Below are positions 39,089 through 52,457 of a stretch of 64,000 nt of DNA, in pieces. Each line of letters opens with the position of its first letter. The first letter of the stretch is position 1. The translations under genes were made by a program, and so were the position numbers. This DNA is from Octopus vulgaris (taxonomy: Eukaryota): assembly GCA_951406725.2 (NCBI GenBank), contig OX597816.1, forward strand, positions 160,828,001 through 160,892,000, given 5' to 3'. The notes below the pieces were generated by a model, which did not search any database, was not told the DNA's origin, and was given only the letters and a program-made list of their open reading frames with translations.

Positions 39089-40208
39089 GTAAGTTAATCA
39101 TTTGCTATGCTTCTGTTTTCATTTTGACTGTTAAGTGATAGGAAATATTGATCTAATCAGCTTCTATTTGTGGATGACCTAATCAATAGGAAATTGTAAA
39201 CTCGAGCAAGAGGTTTTAAAGCAAAATTCACCATCATCTCTCTCACTATTGTTCTCCTTATCTTACTCTCTAACTCTCTCCTTTCTTTTTCAACTGGATT
39301 ATCCCTATTTCTACATCAAGACACCTATCTTTGTCGTTCTAGACCTTTAATCTCTCAACTAGTACAAAGCCATCCACACCTCAATACTACCCCTCCCCTC
39401 TCTTTTGAGTGGTTTCTGCTTTTCTTTTGTCTCTTTGTCTTGCAAGGTACTTGGTGACTCTGCCGGTGATAATGCCACATGAAAAGCACCACTGCTGGTG
39501 CCATGTAAAAAGCACTGGTCCTGGTGCTGCATGAAAAGCACCCAGTACACTCTGTAAAGTGATTGATACTAGGAAGGGCATCCAGCTGTAGAAACCTTGC
39601 CAAAACAGACCATGGAGCCCGGTATGGCTCCTGGTCTTGCCAGCTCCTGTCAAACCTTCCAACCCATGCCAGCATGGAAAATGGATGTTAAATGATGATG
39701 ATTGGTGAGAAAAATGACAAAGAATTAAAACTGTTGGCCATTGTATAGTGGGGGAAAACTCAACATTGCTATGAACACCATCAGAAGCAGCTGTTTTGTT
39801 TTAATGCCCATTTTTCTATGATTGGCTGGGTCAGACAGAATACATTGAGGTAGATTTTCTATAACCAGATTCCCTTCCTTTTGACAGCCCTCACCTGTTT
39901 CCTAGTTGGGTAATATTTCTCTATGGCCAGACATGTTTTTTCCACAGAAGACTGGAAATGAAAGAATCTGCCTGTATGGCAGTGATGCTCATTCATAAAG
40001 ATCCCCTGATGTCAAGCCAAAAAATCTCAAAAACACACATAGTTCATTGTCATTCCATCTGTCACTGAATGGTGACCATCTCAGTGCTGTATTTGCATAC
40101 CATTAGTATGTTTGTTGCTGGACATGTTCAGCCATTCATACTCTGCATTCTGTTATCATCTTGGAGTCTTCACAATGATGTTCCTCTTAAATTTCTTCTT
40201 TCTCACAG

Positions 40209-40290
40209 GTTGAATGTGTTGGTGATGTTGAAGATGGCATTATTGGTTCTGCTTGGAGTCCTGACCAAGAACTGTTAGTTGTTATTTCAG
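40209..40290 (+). CDS. ELP1: ELP1 coding exon 3
   Basis: VECVGDVEDGIIGSAWSPDQELLVVIS(G), containing the conserved ECVG...WSPDQEL motif; 82 nt; AG/GT boundaries. Confidence 0.96.
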
Positions 40291-41309
40291 GTATCTAATA
40301 CAACATTTCTTCCATCATTCTTTCATTGAATGTCTGTCTTTCTGTACTTGCATAGGTTGGATGGGTACTCAGTGGAGCGAAGTAATTTTATGGTTGGGTG
40401 CTCTTTCTATCACCAACCCTTGGAGTTACTACTTTGAGAGTGAAGAGCTTTAGGACAGAATGTTTACTGAGAATGTTAACACATTTTTTTTTGTTTTGTT
40501 TTGTTTATCTTGTCTCATGTGCAAAGTAAAAATGACAGCCTTCATTTGTGTGCACCACACACACACACACACATGCAATGGACTTCCAGACAACTTCAGT
40601 CAATCACTTTCACTCCCACAGCATTGTTCAACTCAAAGCAATAATAGAAGACACTTGCCTGAGGCACTGGACATCGAGATTGAACTTGAGACCATGTAGA
40701 TATGTCTGCACCTAATTTTTCTGTTCAATTAATTTTATTTTCTTAACTCATTTGTTACCTTATTGGTAAAATGTAGGCTGTCCTTGTCTGTTACTCAACC
40801 TGTATGCTTGTTGGCACTGCAGAACATTCACAGTAATTCCAAAGTGAAGGTTTGGAATAAGTATCCCACCATAAATTTCTTTCAACAATTTTTTTGAATA
40901 GAACACATACAAGACTTAAAAAGTCTATATTTTTTCTCAGAATCTCCATGACTTGTTCTGATACTCTAAGCATTCATAACTGGCACCCCATTGGTTATGA
41001 TGACCAGGGTTCTGGTCGATCCGATCGTCAGAACAGCCTGCTTGGGAAATTAATGCATAAGTGGCTGAGCACTCCACAGACATGCATATTCTTAATGTAA
41101 TTCTCAGGGAGATTCAGCATGACTGACTGTGACAAGGTGGGCTCTTTGAAATACAGGTACTACTCATTTTTGCCAGTTGAGTGAACTGGAGCAATGTGAA
41201 ATAAAGTGTCTTTGTCAAGGGCACAGTGTGCTGCTGGGAATTGAACTCTCAATCTTGAACCAGATACCCTAACCACTAAGCTACACACCTTCACAAGCAT
41301 GCATAGAGG

Positions 41310-41960
41310 AATGGAATAATCATTTTCAAAATGAAATTTCTTGGCCCAAGAGAAGATACTCTGAACTCTCCCACATTTTTTCTCATTTCTTTCAAAATAT
41401 TCTGCACAGTATTTACAAGACAAACTCCTTCTGACAAATTGTAGTCATAACATTGTGATAATTTATTTGATGCATCAAAAATTTTCAAAATACCTTCAAG
41501 AAGAATGGCAATAAAAATAAATTTGCGGTTTATAATCTGTTTCAAAATAGCAGTTTCCTCAGTTTTTATGCCTTTCCCACATCCTGAAGCACAATAGGTA
41601 AATCTTGCAGTAACAGTTACTAAATACCCTGATCACCATTGTTCCAGTAAGCACTTCAGATGTGTACCTTTGTATGCAGTAAACAACCTTGGTCTGCAAA
41701 GAAAGTTTTACAAATAGCTTTACACATTCCAAAAAACAATTTAACACCTCTAGTTTCTTCAATCTCATGAACCACAACCAAATGTGATTGGTGATTTCCT
41801 TTCCAATTTTCTGTTATTTCTTGGATGCCACTGGCGCAGCCAGACATTGCTGAGGCAAGGCATCATCATAGTACTAGGATAAAATGTTTTCCCATATTGG
41901 TCCAACATCATCAAAGCTTTGAATAATAACATTAACCAAACTTTCAACCTTTGAGTCTTT
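41310..41960 (-). mobile_element. Decayed hAT transposase remnant
   Basis: Frameshifted pieces HLVVVHEI..FFGMCKAICKTFF and KFIFIAILLEGILKIFDASNKLSQ..NLSEGVCLVNTVQNILKEMR resemble hAT catalytic-region helices. Confidence 0.55.
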
Positions 41961-42147
41961 GATCATTGTTAAAGTGATCTAAATTTCTGATTCAACCCCC
42001 CCCCCCCCACACACACACACACATACTTTTACAAACCTCACAATGAACAGAAATAATTTCAGTATTTGGAAGATCTCTATAATTGCTCTGTTGAATTCAA
42101 ATTATTTTATTTTACTTAGAAGTTTTTTTATTATTTTTATTTTTTAG

Positions 42148-42228
42148 GCTCTAATTCTTTGATTTTAATGACCAGAGATTTTGATCTTCTGCAAGAAACA
42201 GCATTACATCCAGATACATTTGGTGAAG
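42148..42228 (+). CDS. ELP1: ELP1 coding exon 4
   Basis: (G)SNSLILMTRDFDLLQETALHPDTFGE; 81 nt, phase 1/1. Confidence 0.95.
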
Positions 42229-43934
42229 GTAATTATGTTCCATGTTAAATTGATTGTCGTATTGTGGGTGGTGGGTGGCAGAGTCTGTAAGGTGGCCATG
42301 TGATATTCAATTACATAGCCATCATGTCCAGGATTCAAATTCTACTCAAGTTGGTTAACTTGGTTTTTTTCCAAGGTCAACAAGTACTGGCATCAATATA
42401 ACCAGCAGTGTCCCAGCATGGTCACAGCCCACTGACCAACATGAATTAAAGAATGGACTAAGAAAATAAAATTTGATCAAATAAAAGTATAAGAAATATT
42501 TTTAAATGTCTGATTTATATATTTTTCCCCTTAATTGCTTTACTTTTTAGCTCTCAAGTTTTCATCCATCATTAAAAAATATATTGTTTTGTGCTTATCT
42601 GTTTATCATCATCATCATGCTGGCATGGATTAGACAGTATGACAGGATCTGATTAACCTGAGGACTGCATCGTGCTTTAGCATGGTTTCTGTGGCTGGAT
42701 GCCCATCCTAACACCTGCCACTTCACAGAGTGTATTGGGTGCTTTTTTCATGTCACCATCACCAGTGAAGTTGCTATGCAACTTGCACCCAACAAATAAC
42801 GTGAGTTCATGGCTGTTTCCTGCACCAGCTTCACATAAAAGCCCCAGCCCATCCAAAGTGCCTTGGATTGCAGGACGGCCTGCTGTGCTTACCTTTGACC
42901 GTAGGGTAACCTGCTGTGCTTGAGGAAACCTATTGAGTCAAGTACATCAACATCAAAAAAATCAAATGGAAATTGTAGTTGTGATACCTGTACCGGTGGC
43001 ATGTAAAAAGCACCATCTGTACATGGCCGATGCCAGTGCCTCACTGACTGGCTTCCGTGGTGGTGGCACGTAAAAGGCACCAACCGATCGTGGACATTGC
43101 CAGCCTCCCCTGGGACCTGTGTCGGTGGCACGTAAAAAGCACCTACTACGCTCACGGAGAGGTTGGTGTTAGGAAGGGCATCAAGCTGTAGAAACACTGC
43201 CAGATCAGACTGGAGCCTGGTGCAGCCTCCATGGCTTCCAGACCCCAGTCGAACCATCCAACCCATGCTAGCATGGAAAATGGACGTTAAACGATGATGA
43301 TGATGATACATAGCAGAGTGCCTATGCCATCAATAATGACAATGGGTGTTTTACTAAGCTCTGTGATAGTTACAACATTTAGGCTTGTATTTATGAATAT
43401 TCAATGTTTTCCAATTGGAGGTGTCATTCAATGATGTAAATGGTGAAAATTGCTAATGAGAGTATGAGAATGTAAATAGAAACCCCAAAATAAGAGATAC
43501 ACAAAATTTTATTTAACTCCCCAAATATTATACAGGTTTTATCACTCAATATGTACAAAATATTGCAGTTATTGATTCATTTGTTATTCTACATTGTTAT
43601 TTTCTACACTAAATGTCCTACCTAATTTCATAAGTGTTGTATATGTGTATGTATTCAAAACTGCCGAAATATACGCATATGTATACACTGGTACATGATT
43701 CCACAAACAGGTTTCTCACATTTTTCAAGTGACTGCAGGTTTAGTTTATGCAAAAGCTGTGCATTTACAACATATTTGACATACTCTTTGCAAATAAATT
43801 TGATGCACAGCGATAAATGAGAAAAATAAGTTGATTATTTTTGAGCTTTATAATGAGTTGTATGTGTGTTACAACAATATAATTTAAATCTGTGAAATTT
43901 ATATTTTGTTTCAATACAAAAGCATTATATATAT

Positions 43935-44580
43935 CATCATCAGTTAGCATCTGCTTTCCATGATGGCATGGGTTAGATGGTTTGACTGGAACTAGTAAGC
44001 CAGAGAGCTGCACCAGGTTCTAGTCTGATTTGGCATGGTTTCTATGGCTGGATGCCCTTCCTAATGCCAACCATTCTGAAAGTGTAATGGGTGTTATTTA
44101 TGTGCCACTGGCATGGGTATCATCCACATGACACCAGCATTGACCATGACTACGATTTCACTTGGCTTGATGGGTCTTCTCAAGCTCAGCATATCGCCAA
44201 GGTCTTGGTCACTAGTCATTGTCTCCATGAGGCCCAAAGTTTGAAGACCATGCTTCACCACCTTGTCCCATATTTTCCTGGGTCTACCTCTTCCACAGGT
44301 TCCCTTCACAGAGATTGGCACTTCTTTATGCAGCTGTGATCATCCATACACATCACATGACCATACCAGTGCAGTCATCTCTCTTGCACACCACATCTGA
44401 TGCCTCTTATGCCCAACTTTTCTCTCATGGTGCTCACACTCTGTCATACATGCACACTGACATTGCACATCCAGTGAAGCATTCTAGCTTCATTTCTTTC
44501 AAGTCTGTGCATGTCTTCAGTGGTCACAGCCTATGTTTCACTGCTGTGTATCATGACTGTTCACACACAGGCATCATACA
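43935..44580 (-). mobile_element. RTE-type LINE 3' fragment
   Basis: VKGTCGRGRPRKIWDKVVKHGL on the - strand, with the same 3' UTR and tail as 35925-37210. Confidence 0.8.
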
Positions 44581-44591
44581 CACACACACAT

Positions 44592-45290
44592 ATATAAGGA
44601 AAAGAATCTGAAAATGCAGGAGTCTTTTAAAAGTATTTATAAACCTAACCGGTTTCACTTATTTAAAATGATTTTCAAAAGGCTTTGTGTAGCCTTTGTG
44701 GTGTCAAAAATTAGTTTACATAAATGCATTCAAATCAAGTGATAGAGTCTTTGATTATGATAATAAAAAGTTTTAGGCTTTATGTATTGTCTGTGATGAG
44801 TCAAAAAACAGTTTACATAAAAACATTCAGATCGGGGAATAAAAAGTTTTAACAATGATAAGAAAATAAAAGTTAGCTTACATAAATATATCGAAATCTA
44901 GTAATAGAGTCTTTGACAAGAAGATAAATAGTGTTTGGTTTGTCAATCAGTGGGTGCTAAAGTGTTAGTCTTACTGATGGTTTCTGATTACAGTGAGACT
45001 AATACTTTAGCACCCACTGATTGACAAACCAAACACCATTTATTTTCTTGTCAAAGGCTCTATTACTTGATTTGGATATATTTATTTAAACTAATTTTTA
45101 CCTTCTTATCATTGTGAAACATTTTATTCCCTGATCTGAATGTTTTTATGTAAACTATTTTTTGATTTGTCACAGAGGATACACAAAGCCTTATACTTTA
45201 TTTTTGAAAATCTTTTTAAATTAGTGAAACCGGTTAGGTTAATAAATACTTTTAAAAGACTCCTGCATTTTCAGATTCTTTTCCTTATAT
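44592..45290. repeat. ~700-bp foldback element (arms ~300-385 bp, 14-nt loop at 44977-44990)
   Basis: ATATAAGGAAAAGAATCTGAAAATGCAGG... pairs with ...CCTGCATTTTCAGATTCTTTTCCTTATAT, and the internal segments are mirrored. Confidence 0.85.
44642..44685 (-). ncRNA. Minimal hammerhead-like motif with U3-A8 core (degenerate mirror copy ~45201-45240 +)
   Basis: AAGCCUU UUGAAAA UCAUUUUAAAUAAGU GAAA CCGG UU AGGUU; palindromic CCGG loop; weak stem II. Confidence 0.45.
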
Positions 45291-45517
45291 TTTTACTTGT
45301 GCAGTAACCCCAATTTTAATTTGTTGTGTGTGTGTATATACATAAAATGTATTGCATATATGCATAGAAATCCAGTCGTGCAGTGTAGTGAAAAGGCTTA
45401 AGCTGAATGCATGAAATCTCTCTGTAAGTTGAATATACAAGTTAATAGTGGAATATATGTAGTAGAATAATTAATAGTGGAATTAATTTGCATATGCAAA
45501 TTCATATATTGTATTAA

Positions 45518-45737
45518 CCCTTTCGTTACTGTATTTATTTTGAGATGCTCTGCATTTCTTTCAATTACTTTAAATATAACAAAGAATTTAGTAAAATAAC
45601 TTAGTTATCATTAAGCTAGTGTTAGGAACATAAATTGTGACTAAGGTTTGGTGGAAGATTTTAATTCCAAACTTATGAAAACAAGAGATTTGTACTCAGA
45701 GCCAGAGCCGGTTTCAGCCGGGTTGGTAACGAAAGGG
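45518..45737. mobile_element. piggyBac-type MITE
   Basis: TTAA|CCCTTTCGTTAC...GTAACGAAAGGG|TTAA. Related copies at ~38053-38278, ~55858-56063, ~29480-29680 and ~50420-50572. Confidence 0.85.
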
Positions 45738-46274
45738 TTAAATATATCTTGACACATAGTGTACTGTATATATTGATTAGATTTACCAATGAGAAAAAAG
45801 AGAAAATTAATTTAATCATCAGAATTTATGAATATAAAAACATTAGTCAAGCATTATGAGACAAAGAAGACAGCGGAATGAACTTTCAAGTACAAAATAT
45901 AAACAGAACAACTGCAGCCAGTAAGTAGAGCCTGTGTCAGATAATTTAGAAAGTAAACCACATGAAGGGGTACAACTTCCACAACTTGAATGGGTTGTAT
46001 ACACAAAACATTATGTATATAAAAATACAATTAACATACATACATACATATATATATACTCTTTTACTCTCTCTTTTACTTGTTTCAGTCATTTGACTGC
46101 GGCCATGCTGGAGCACCGCCTTTGGTCGAGCAACTCGACCCCGGGACTTATTCTTTGTAAGCCCAGTACTTATTGTATCGGTCTCTTTTGCTGAACCGCT
46201 AAGTGACGGGGACATGAACACACCAGCATCGGTTGTCAAGCAATGCTAGGGGGACAAACACAGACACACACACA

Positions 46275-46333
<59 letters not shown>

Positions 46334-47140
46334 GACAGGCTTCTTTCAGTTTCCGCCTACCAAATCCACTCACAAGGCTTTGGTCGGCCCGAGGCTATAG
46401 TAGAAGACACTTGCCCAAGGTGCCACGCAGTGGGACTGAACCCAGAACCATGTGGTTGGTAAGCAAGCTACTTACCACATAGCCACTCCTGCGCCTATAT
46501 ATATATCATCATCATCATCATCATCGTTTAACATCCGTTCTCCATGCTAGCATGAGTTGGACGGTACGACCGGGGATCTGAGAAGCCAGAAGGCTGCACC
46601 AGGCTCCAGTCTTATCTGGCAATGTTTCTACAGATGGATGCCCTTCCTAACGCCAACCACTCCATATATATATAAATTTTTAATTGTAATTATAAATTTT
46701 ATTCTCTAGCTATTGAATGCTATTATTACTTGCTATATTTTTACACCTATATTTTTGTTGTTGTTATTATCTAAATTTACCGCTGATAATTATAACAATA
46801 AAATTATCTTTGTGGGTATTTGTTTGAATATTCACTCCTTATATATATATAATATATAGATAGATAGATATTTTTCTTTATTAGCCAAGCAGGGCTGAAC
46901 ACGGAGGGGACAATACAATGTAGAACTTTTCTTTTTGAAAGAATGAAAGAAAAAAAAAGAAAAATATGATCAAATGGGATTGAAAGCATTTGGGACGTGT
47001 AAACAGCAAATTAAAGCAGGGTAAAAATGTAAAACAAATTAGGTTTATCCATGGAAAGAAAAGCCTATGAAAAAGACCACAGTAACCTCAGGCAGGGAAA
47101 GTAATACATGAGAGCAAAGCGCTCTCTCTCTCTTTTGGAT

Positions 47141-47830
47141 TTACAGGATCATTCTTAAAGTTGTTTCATCATATACGCGTACCATCTTTGCTACATTCAC
47201 CCACTTTTTATCAAAACTTTTATGAGACAAAACTTCCCTCTTTATTCTCACCTTCTTTTTCAAGTGGTACTTGAAAAAGTTGATGAGTGATTGGCCAGAG
47301 AGGAAAGTGTTTGTCTCTAAACATTTCACACAAGTCAACCACACACATTCTTTCACCATAGCCACCAGTACAATGAAAACTGCCTTGCCTTCCCAGTTAA
47401 GGGAAGGTGGCGGGGCAATATTCATGATAGACTCAGCCGATAACTGAATTCGTCCTACACATGACAGCAGCTGTTTGACATAAGTCCACAGGTCTAAAAT
47501 GGTTGGAAACTGCATGAGTGCATACAGAACGGTTTCATCGCTCTGACCGCATCCTGGGCAAGTCGGTCTAGTGTATCTCGAACTGTACCTGTAGAGCTTA
47601 TCCCAAACGAACAATACTTCCCGATAGCACTGCCAGGCCAGGGATCTCTGGTTATTGTCCATAGGCCCCGACCCAAAAGTTGTCCCCATTGATGCCCAGA
47701 TTCTCCCTAAGAACATTATCACACCTCCCCTCCACTAATCCTCTAGAGAACTCCTTTGTGAAATTGAAGTTGCACAAGTTTCATCCCAGATGGCAGAGTT
47801 ACTTGAGAACAAGGCAGCATTTGCAGTGCC
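47141..47830 (-). mobile_element. L1/Tx1-type LINE 3' fragment (zf-RVT)
   Basis: CPGCGQSDETVLYALMQFPTILDLW is a degenerate CxxC..ETxxH..C zinc knuckle. Confidence 0.7.
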
Positions 47831-48094
47831 ATTCGGCAGCTGATGATGGGAATCCACATTTATTATGCTTGATTGTGAATTTCTTATGTCTAAGTGTCAT
47901 TATTTTGAGTTGTATTCATTCTGGTAAAGTGGAAAATGTTTGTGGGGATCACTTTCATATTGGTTGGTTTGTCTTCATAGGTTATCTTATTAGGCATAGA
48001 TAATTCTTAAGTATTGGTGTCTAATTTTGAGAGGTCCTGTGATATATATTTCTATACGTAAAATGCATTTTTCATATTAATTATTTTCTTTTAG

Positions 48095-48180
48095 CTGAAT
48101 TCATAAATGTTGGCTGGGGTAAGAAAGAAACACAGTTCCATGGAACCGAAGGTAAAGAAGCAGCCAAGAAGAAATCTGAG
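48095..48180 (+). CDS. ELP1: ELP1 coding exon 5
   Basis: (A)EFINVGWGKKETQFHGTEGKEAAKKKSE, containing the IKI3/ELP1 signature VGWGxKETQFHG; GTTAAG donor; 86 nt. Confidence 0.97.
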
Positions 48181-48300
48181 GTTAAGATCCTTTCTTTAGA
48201 TAATTTCTTAAGTTTCATGTTTCTCTTCTGATATTTTACTACAGCTTCTTTTGTTATTCCTTCATGTACAACAATTTATCTTTTTTATTTTTTATTTAAG

Positions 48301-48394
48301 CCAGCCCAGCCAGCCCTAGAATGGGATGATATGAAGGCCTATATTAGTTGGCGTGGAGATGGCCAATACTTTGTGACTTCTACCATACATCAAG
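48301..48394 (+). CDS. ELP1: ELP1 coding exon 6
   Basis: PAQPALEWDDMKAYISWRGDGQYFVTSTIHQ, with the conserved WRGDGQ; 94 nt. Confidence 0.95.
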
Positions 48395-48420
48395 GTATTG
48401 AATTTTTTATATTTCTGAAA

Positions 48421-48808
48421 AAGTGGCGAGCTGGCAGAAACGTTAGCACGTCGGGCGAAATGCTTAGCGGTATTTTGTCTGCCGCTACGTTCTGAGTTCA
48501 AATTACGCTGAGGTCGATTTTGCCTTTCATCCTTTCGGGGTCGATAAATTAAGTACCAGTGACGCACTGGGGTCGATATAATCGACTTAACCCATTTGTC
48601 CGTCCTTGTTTGTCCACTTTGTGTTTAGCCCCTTGTGGGCAGTAAAGAAATGGGTATTTTGTCTGTCTTTACATTCTGAGTTCAAATTCCACCTTTTATC
48701 CTTTCAAGGTCGATTAAATAAGTACCAGTTATGCACTGGGGTTGATGTAATTGACTTAATCTCTTTGTCTGTCCTTGTTTGTCCCCTCTGTGAGCAATAA
48801 AGAAATAA
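48421..48808 (+). mobile_element. SINE with Nin/Deu-like domain, internally duplicated
   Basis: GCCTTTCATCCTTTCGGGGTCGATAAATTAAGTACCAG domain; TSD ATATTTCTGAAA at 48409-48420 and 48809-48820. Confidence 0.75.
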
Positions 48809-49108
48809 ATATTTCTGAAATATAATGTTATGTTATTATAAATATATTTGATCAACTTTACTGTTACAAATATTTTAATTTACACCATTTGTTGTGGTTA
48901 AGAAGCTCATTTTGTAACTCAGATAATCTGAGATAAACTGTGAGGTTTCGTGCCTTAAGAGGAGCACAACTCATAACTACTTGTATTTTCAATAAGTTGA
49001 AGGAGAAAGTAAATTCCTTAATTAAATTATATTCTACTTCACTTAATATCGGTGCCAGTATGGTTGCATGATTAAGAAGTATGCCTTGCAATCAGCAACC
49101 ATATAGTT

Positions 49109-49415
49109 TGGTTGTAAAGTGGGCTCCTCTCACTGGTGTGATGTCTGACGGCTGTTGTACTGTAGTTGCTGTTTTATGCTAGTAACTACAATAGTTACTA
49201 GTCATCGGATACCGTTGTATCTCTTCATACCGGAATAGTAATACACTAACTTCTTCTGTCTTACTATCTCTGATAACTCCACAAGACACTGACTTGAACT
49301 GTCGACACTCATCTCATCAACTCTCGACCCTCTCTTGACGACCGGCTACTGGTCTATTTATAATGGTTAACTCCTACCACTTTTTACCGAGAGGAGTGTA
49401 CAATTTCACTATACA
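49109..49415 (-). mobile_element. Probable solo LTR inserted into a SINE
   Basis: TG...CA ends, TGTAAAGTG/CACTATACA terminal inverted motif, AGTT on both sides, TATAAATA on the - strand; it splits the SINE head between the A and B boxes. Confidence 0.5.
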
Positions 49416-49770
49416 AGTTTCAAGTTCAGTCCCACTGTGCAGAATCTTGAACAAATGTCTTCTACTATATCGCTGGGCCAACCAAAGTAGATTTGGTAGA
49501 TAGAAGCTGAGAAAAGCCTGATCACTATGTGTTTGTGTCTCCTTGTCATAACATTATGCAATAGTTGTAAACAATCATCAGTGCCATAAAAGTGGTGACG
49601 TTTATTTACAATCTTCTGTGTAAATTTATCTAACCATTGTGCTGTTTAATTGTGAAGGATTAGGGGAAATATCTTGCTTGAAAACAGGTAAGGATTGGTG
49701 ACAGGAAGTGTATCCAGGTGGTGGTGGTGGTGATATATCTGGTGTATTTTTTTTCTTTTTGTTCTCTTAG

Positions 49771-49861
49771 GTTATCGTCAGCTCAGAGTTTGGACAAGAG
49801 AGGCTGTTCTTCATTCCACCAGTGAGTTAGTAGTTGGTCAAGAAAAAGAGGTTGCTTGGAA
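49771..49861 (+). CDS. ELP1: ELP1 coding exon 7
   Basis: (G)YRQLRVWTREAVLHSTSELVVGQEKEVAW(K); 91 nt; GTAAGA donor. Confidence 0.95.
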
Positions 49862-49880
49862 GTAAGATTCTTTTTCTCTG

Positions 49881-49911
<31 letters not shown>

Positions 49912-50178
49912 GCTGATAGGTTTTATAAAATAGAGATGTGTGAGGTGACGTTGTTTGATAAGAGGAGGACTGAGGATTTGATGGAAAAGCTGGGACTGGA
50001 GGAATTGGTGGAATGGTTGGCAAGGGCAAATGGAGTGGGGTGGTATGCACATGTGTTGAAGAGGGATGAAGAGCATGTTCTGAGGAGGGTGATTGTGTTT
50101 GAGGTAAATGGAGCGTGAAAGGACTTATCCATTCTGTACTTCATACAAACCTCTTCTTATCTTTTCCTTTCGTTTCAG

Positions 50179-50302
50179 ACCTACTGGCAGTTTAATTGTT
50201 AGTTCTCAGGTCAAGCCAAATAAACATGATATTATATTCTTTGAACAGAATGGTTTACAACATGGGGAGTTCACTTTACCCTTTGATGTTCAAACCACAC
50301 AG
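50179..50302 (+). CDS. ELP1: ELP1 coding exon 8
   Basis: (K)[41 protein letters not shown], with the conserved FFExNGLxHG; 124 nt. Confidence 0.97.
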
Positions 50303-50744
50303 GTATCTATTTCAGTTTAGCCTATTAATTTTTTAAAGCTATTTACTTGTTTTAGCTGTGATTTTTTTTTGCTTTATTTTTATTAATTGTAGCCTTTATT
50401 TGATTTATTTTAATGCTTTGACACCAACCCACCTGATACACATGTGGCTCTGTGATACAAACTTTCCATTTTAAAGTGTTCTAAATTAAAATCTTCCATA
50501 AAAATTTCATGTTAATAATTAACTGAAATAAAAGCAGTGTATTTCAACTGAAGTATGGTAATGAAAGGGTCAAATAGTTGCTATTTAGAAGGGACACTAA
50601 TACATACATACATCTACTTGAATATATATAAATACAGGTGTGCATGCTTTTTTGAGGCTTTTTCATAGCTGGATTTTCTATGGAGAGCATGCCCCTGCTT
50701 ACCCCCAACCTTAGTTTCTAAACATGAGTGGTCCTGAGATCAAG

Positions 50745-51062
50745 GCCTCTACCATGATTTTTAAGAAATGTGGTGGATGCTGGGGTTGGAAGAATCAGTG
50801 GAACGGCTGGCAAGGGTGAGTGGAGTGTGATGGTATGGGCATGTGTTGAGGAGGGATGAGGAGCATGTTCTGAAGTGGGTGCTAGAGTTTAAGGTAAATG
50901 GACGGCGAAAGCAAGGTAGACTGAGGCAAATGTGGAGGAGGAGGTTGGGAGGGAGGATGCCCAAAACCGGGCAAGATGGTGTGGGAGCAGTTGCTATGGC
51001 ACTGAGGAGATCCAGCCACCCCTGTTAGCAGAGACAAAACCTGGATTCAAAATGATGGATGG
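50745..51062 (+). mobile_element. RTE-like LINE 3' fragment (related piece at ~49930-50118)
   Basis: WYGHVLRRDEEHVLKWVLEFKVNGRRKQGR motif. Confidence 0.7.
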
Positions 51063-51501
51063 ATGGACAGTTGTGCATGCTTCCCAACCATGTGGTTTCA
51101 GGTTCACTTCCATTGCACAGTATCTTGGGTATGTGACTTCTATAGTCCTGGGTCAACCAGATCCTTATGAGTGGATTTGGTAGACAGAAACTGAAAGAAG
51201 CTCTGTGTGTGAGTGTATACCTTGTGACATCACACGAGTGTTATAAATGAGCATCACCATCATACAATCAAGGTAGTTTGTTTCCAGTCTTCCACTAAAA
51301 ACAGGGCGATGAGGAAATATATTACTTTACTTACAGGTGAGGTTTGGCAACAGGAATGGCATTCTGTAGAAAATCTGCCTCAACATATTCCATCCAAACC
51401 ATGCAAACCTGAGAAAGTCAATGTTAAAACAATAAGACACATACAAACACATATATATAGGTACACACACACATATACAGAGACTCATATACATGTATGT
51501 A

Positions 51502-51559
<58 letters not shown>

Positions 51560-51860
51560 GGTATATACACACACATACACATGAACCTGTGCTGGTGCTA
51601 CATAAAAAGCATCTTTGCTGGTGCCATGTAAAAAAAATGTGCTGTACACTCTGTAAAGTGGTTGCCATATGGAAGAGCATCCAGCCATAGAAACTATGCC
51701 AAAACAGACAGTTGGAGCCTGGTGCAGCTCCCTGGCTTGCCAAGTGCTGTCAAACTGTCCAACCCATGCCAGCATGAAAAGTAGATGTTGATGAACATAT
51801 AGTATTATTATAAAAGATAGTGAAATAGCAGAAATATTAGGGCATTGGACTTGTGTTTAA

Positions 51861-52146
51861 CCCATAAAGCACTGGGATTTGCACTTACATAGCATGGACT
51901 GCTGAGCACATTTTATGAAAATGAGACTACCGTGCACACATAAAAAACAAAAAAAATAGTTAAAATATCTTCTTAATATATAATGGTGGCAAGTTTTACA
52001 TCATCTGAAAGGTCATTAATTGAACTATTAGTCCTCTGGCATTCTGGGGGGTATTGGAGTGTTTGAGTGACATTAGACCCCAACAAATGCCCATAAATTA
52101 AATGCATCAGTCTGGGCCATAATTGTGGCCCATGGCGCTTTATGTG
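51861..52146. mobile_element. piggyBac-type MITE (second family)
   Basis: TTAA|CCCATAAAGC...GCTTTATGTG|TTAA. Confidence 0.7.
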
Positions 52147-52363
52147 TTAAAAGATAAATACTGATCATGTACTCTGATTGAATTCATTGTATTCTTTCAT
52201 TAAAAACTCGCACTTTTTTGCCAAATAAGAACATGTTGTGGTTGTCAGTGTTTGTGAACAGCAAATATGTCCTGGCAGACACAGCTATAGATGAATCTGC
52301 TTAAAAATATTGGTAAATGATTATCTGAAGTTCATTAATGTGATTGTTTTGTCTTTACTGTAG

Positions 52364-52457
52364 GTGAAGAAACTTCTTTGGAACATAGACTCCACAGTGT
52401 TGCTGATATGGTGTGAAGAACTGAACAAAAATGAAAAACTCCAGCCAAAGTCTTTCA
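52364..52457 (+). CDS. ELP1: ELP1 coding exon 9
   Basis: VKKLLWNIDSTVLLIWCEELNKNEKLQPKSF; 94 nt; GTAAGT donor. Confidence 0.95.
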
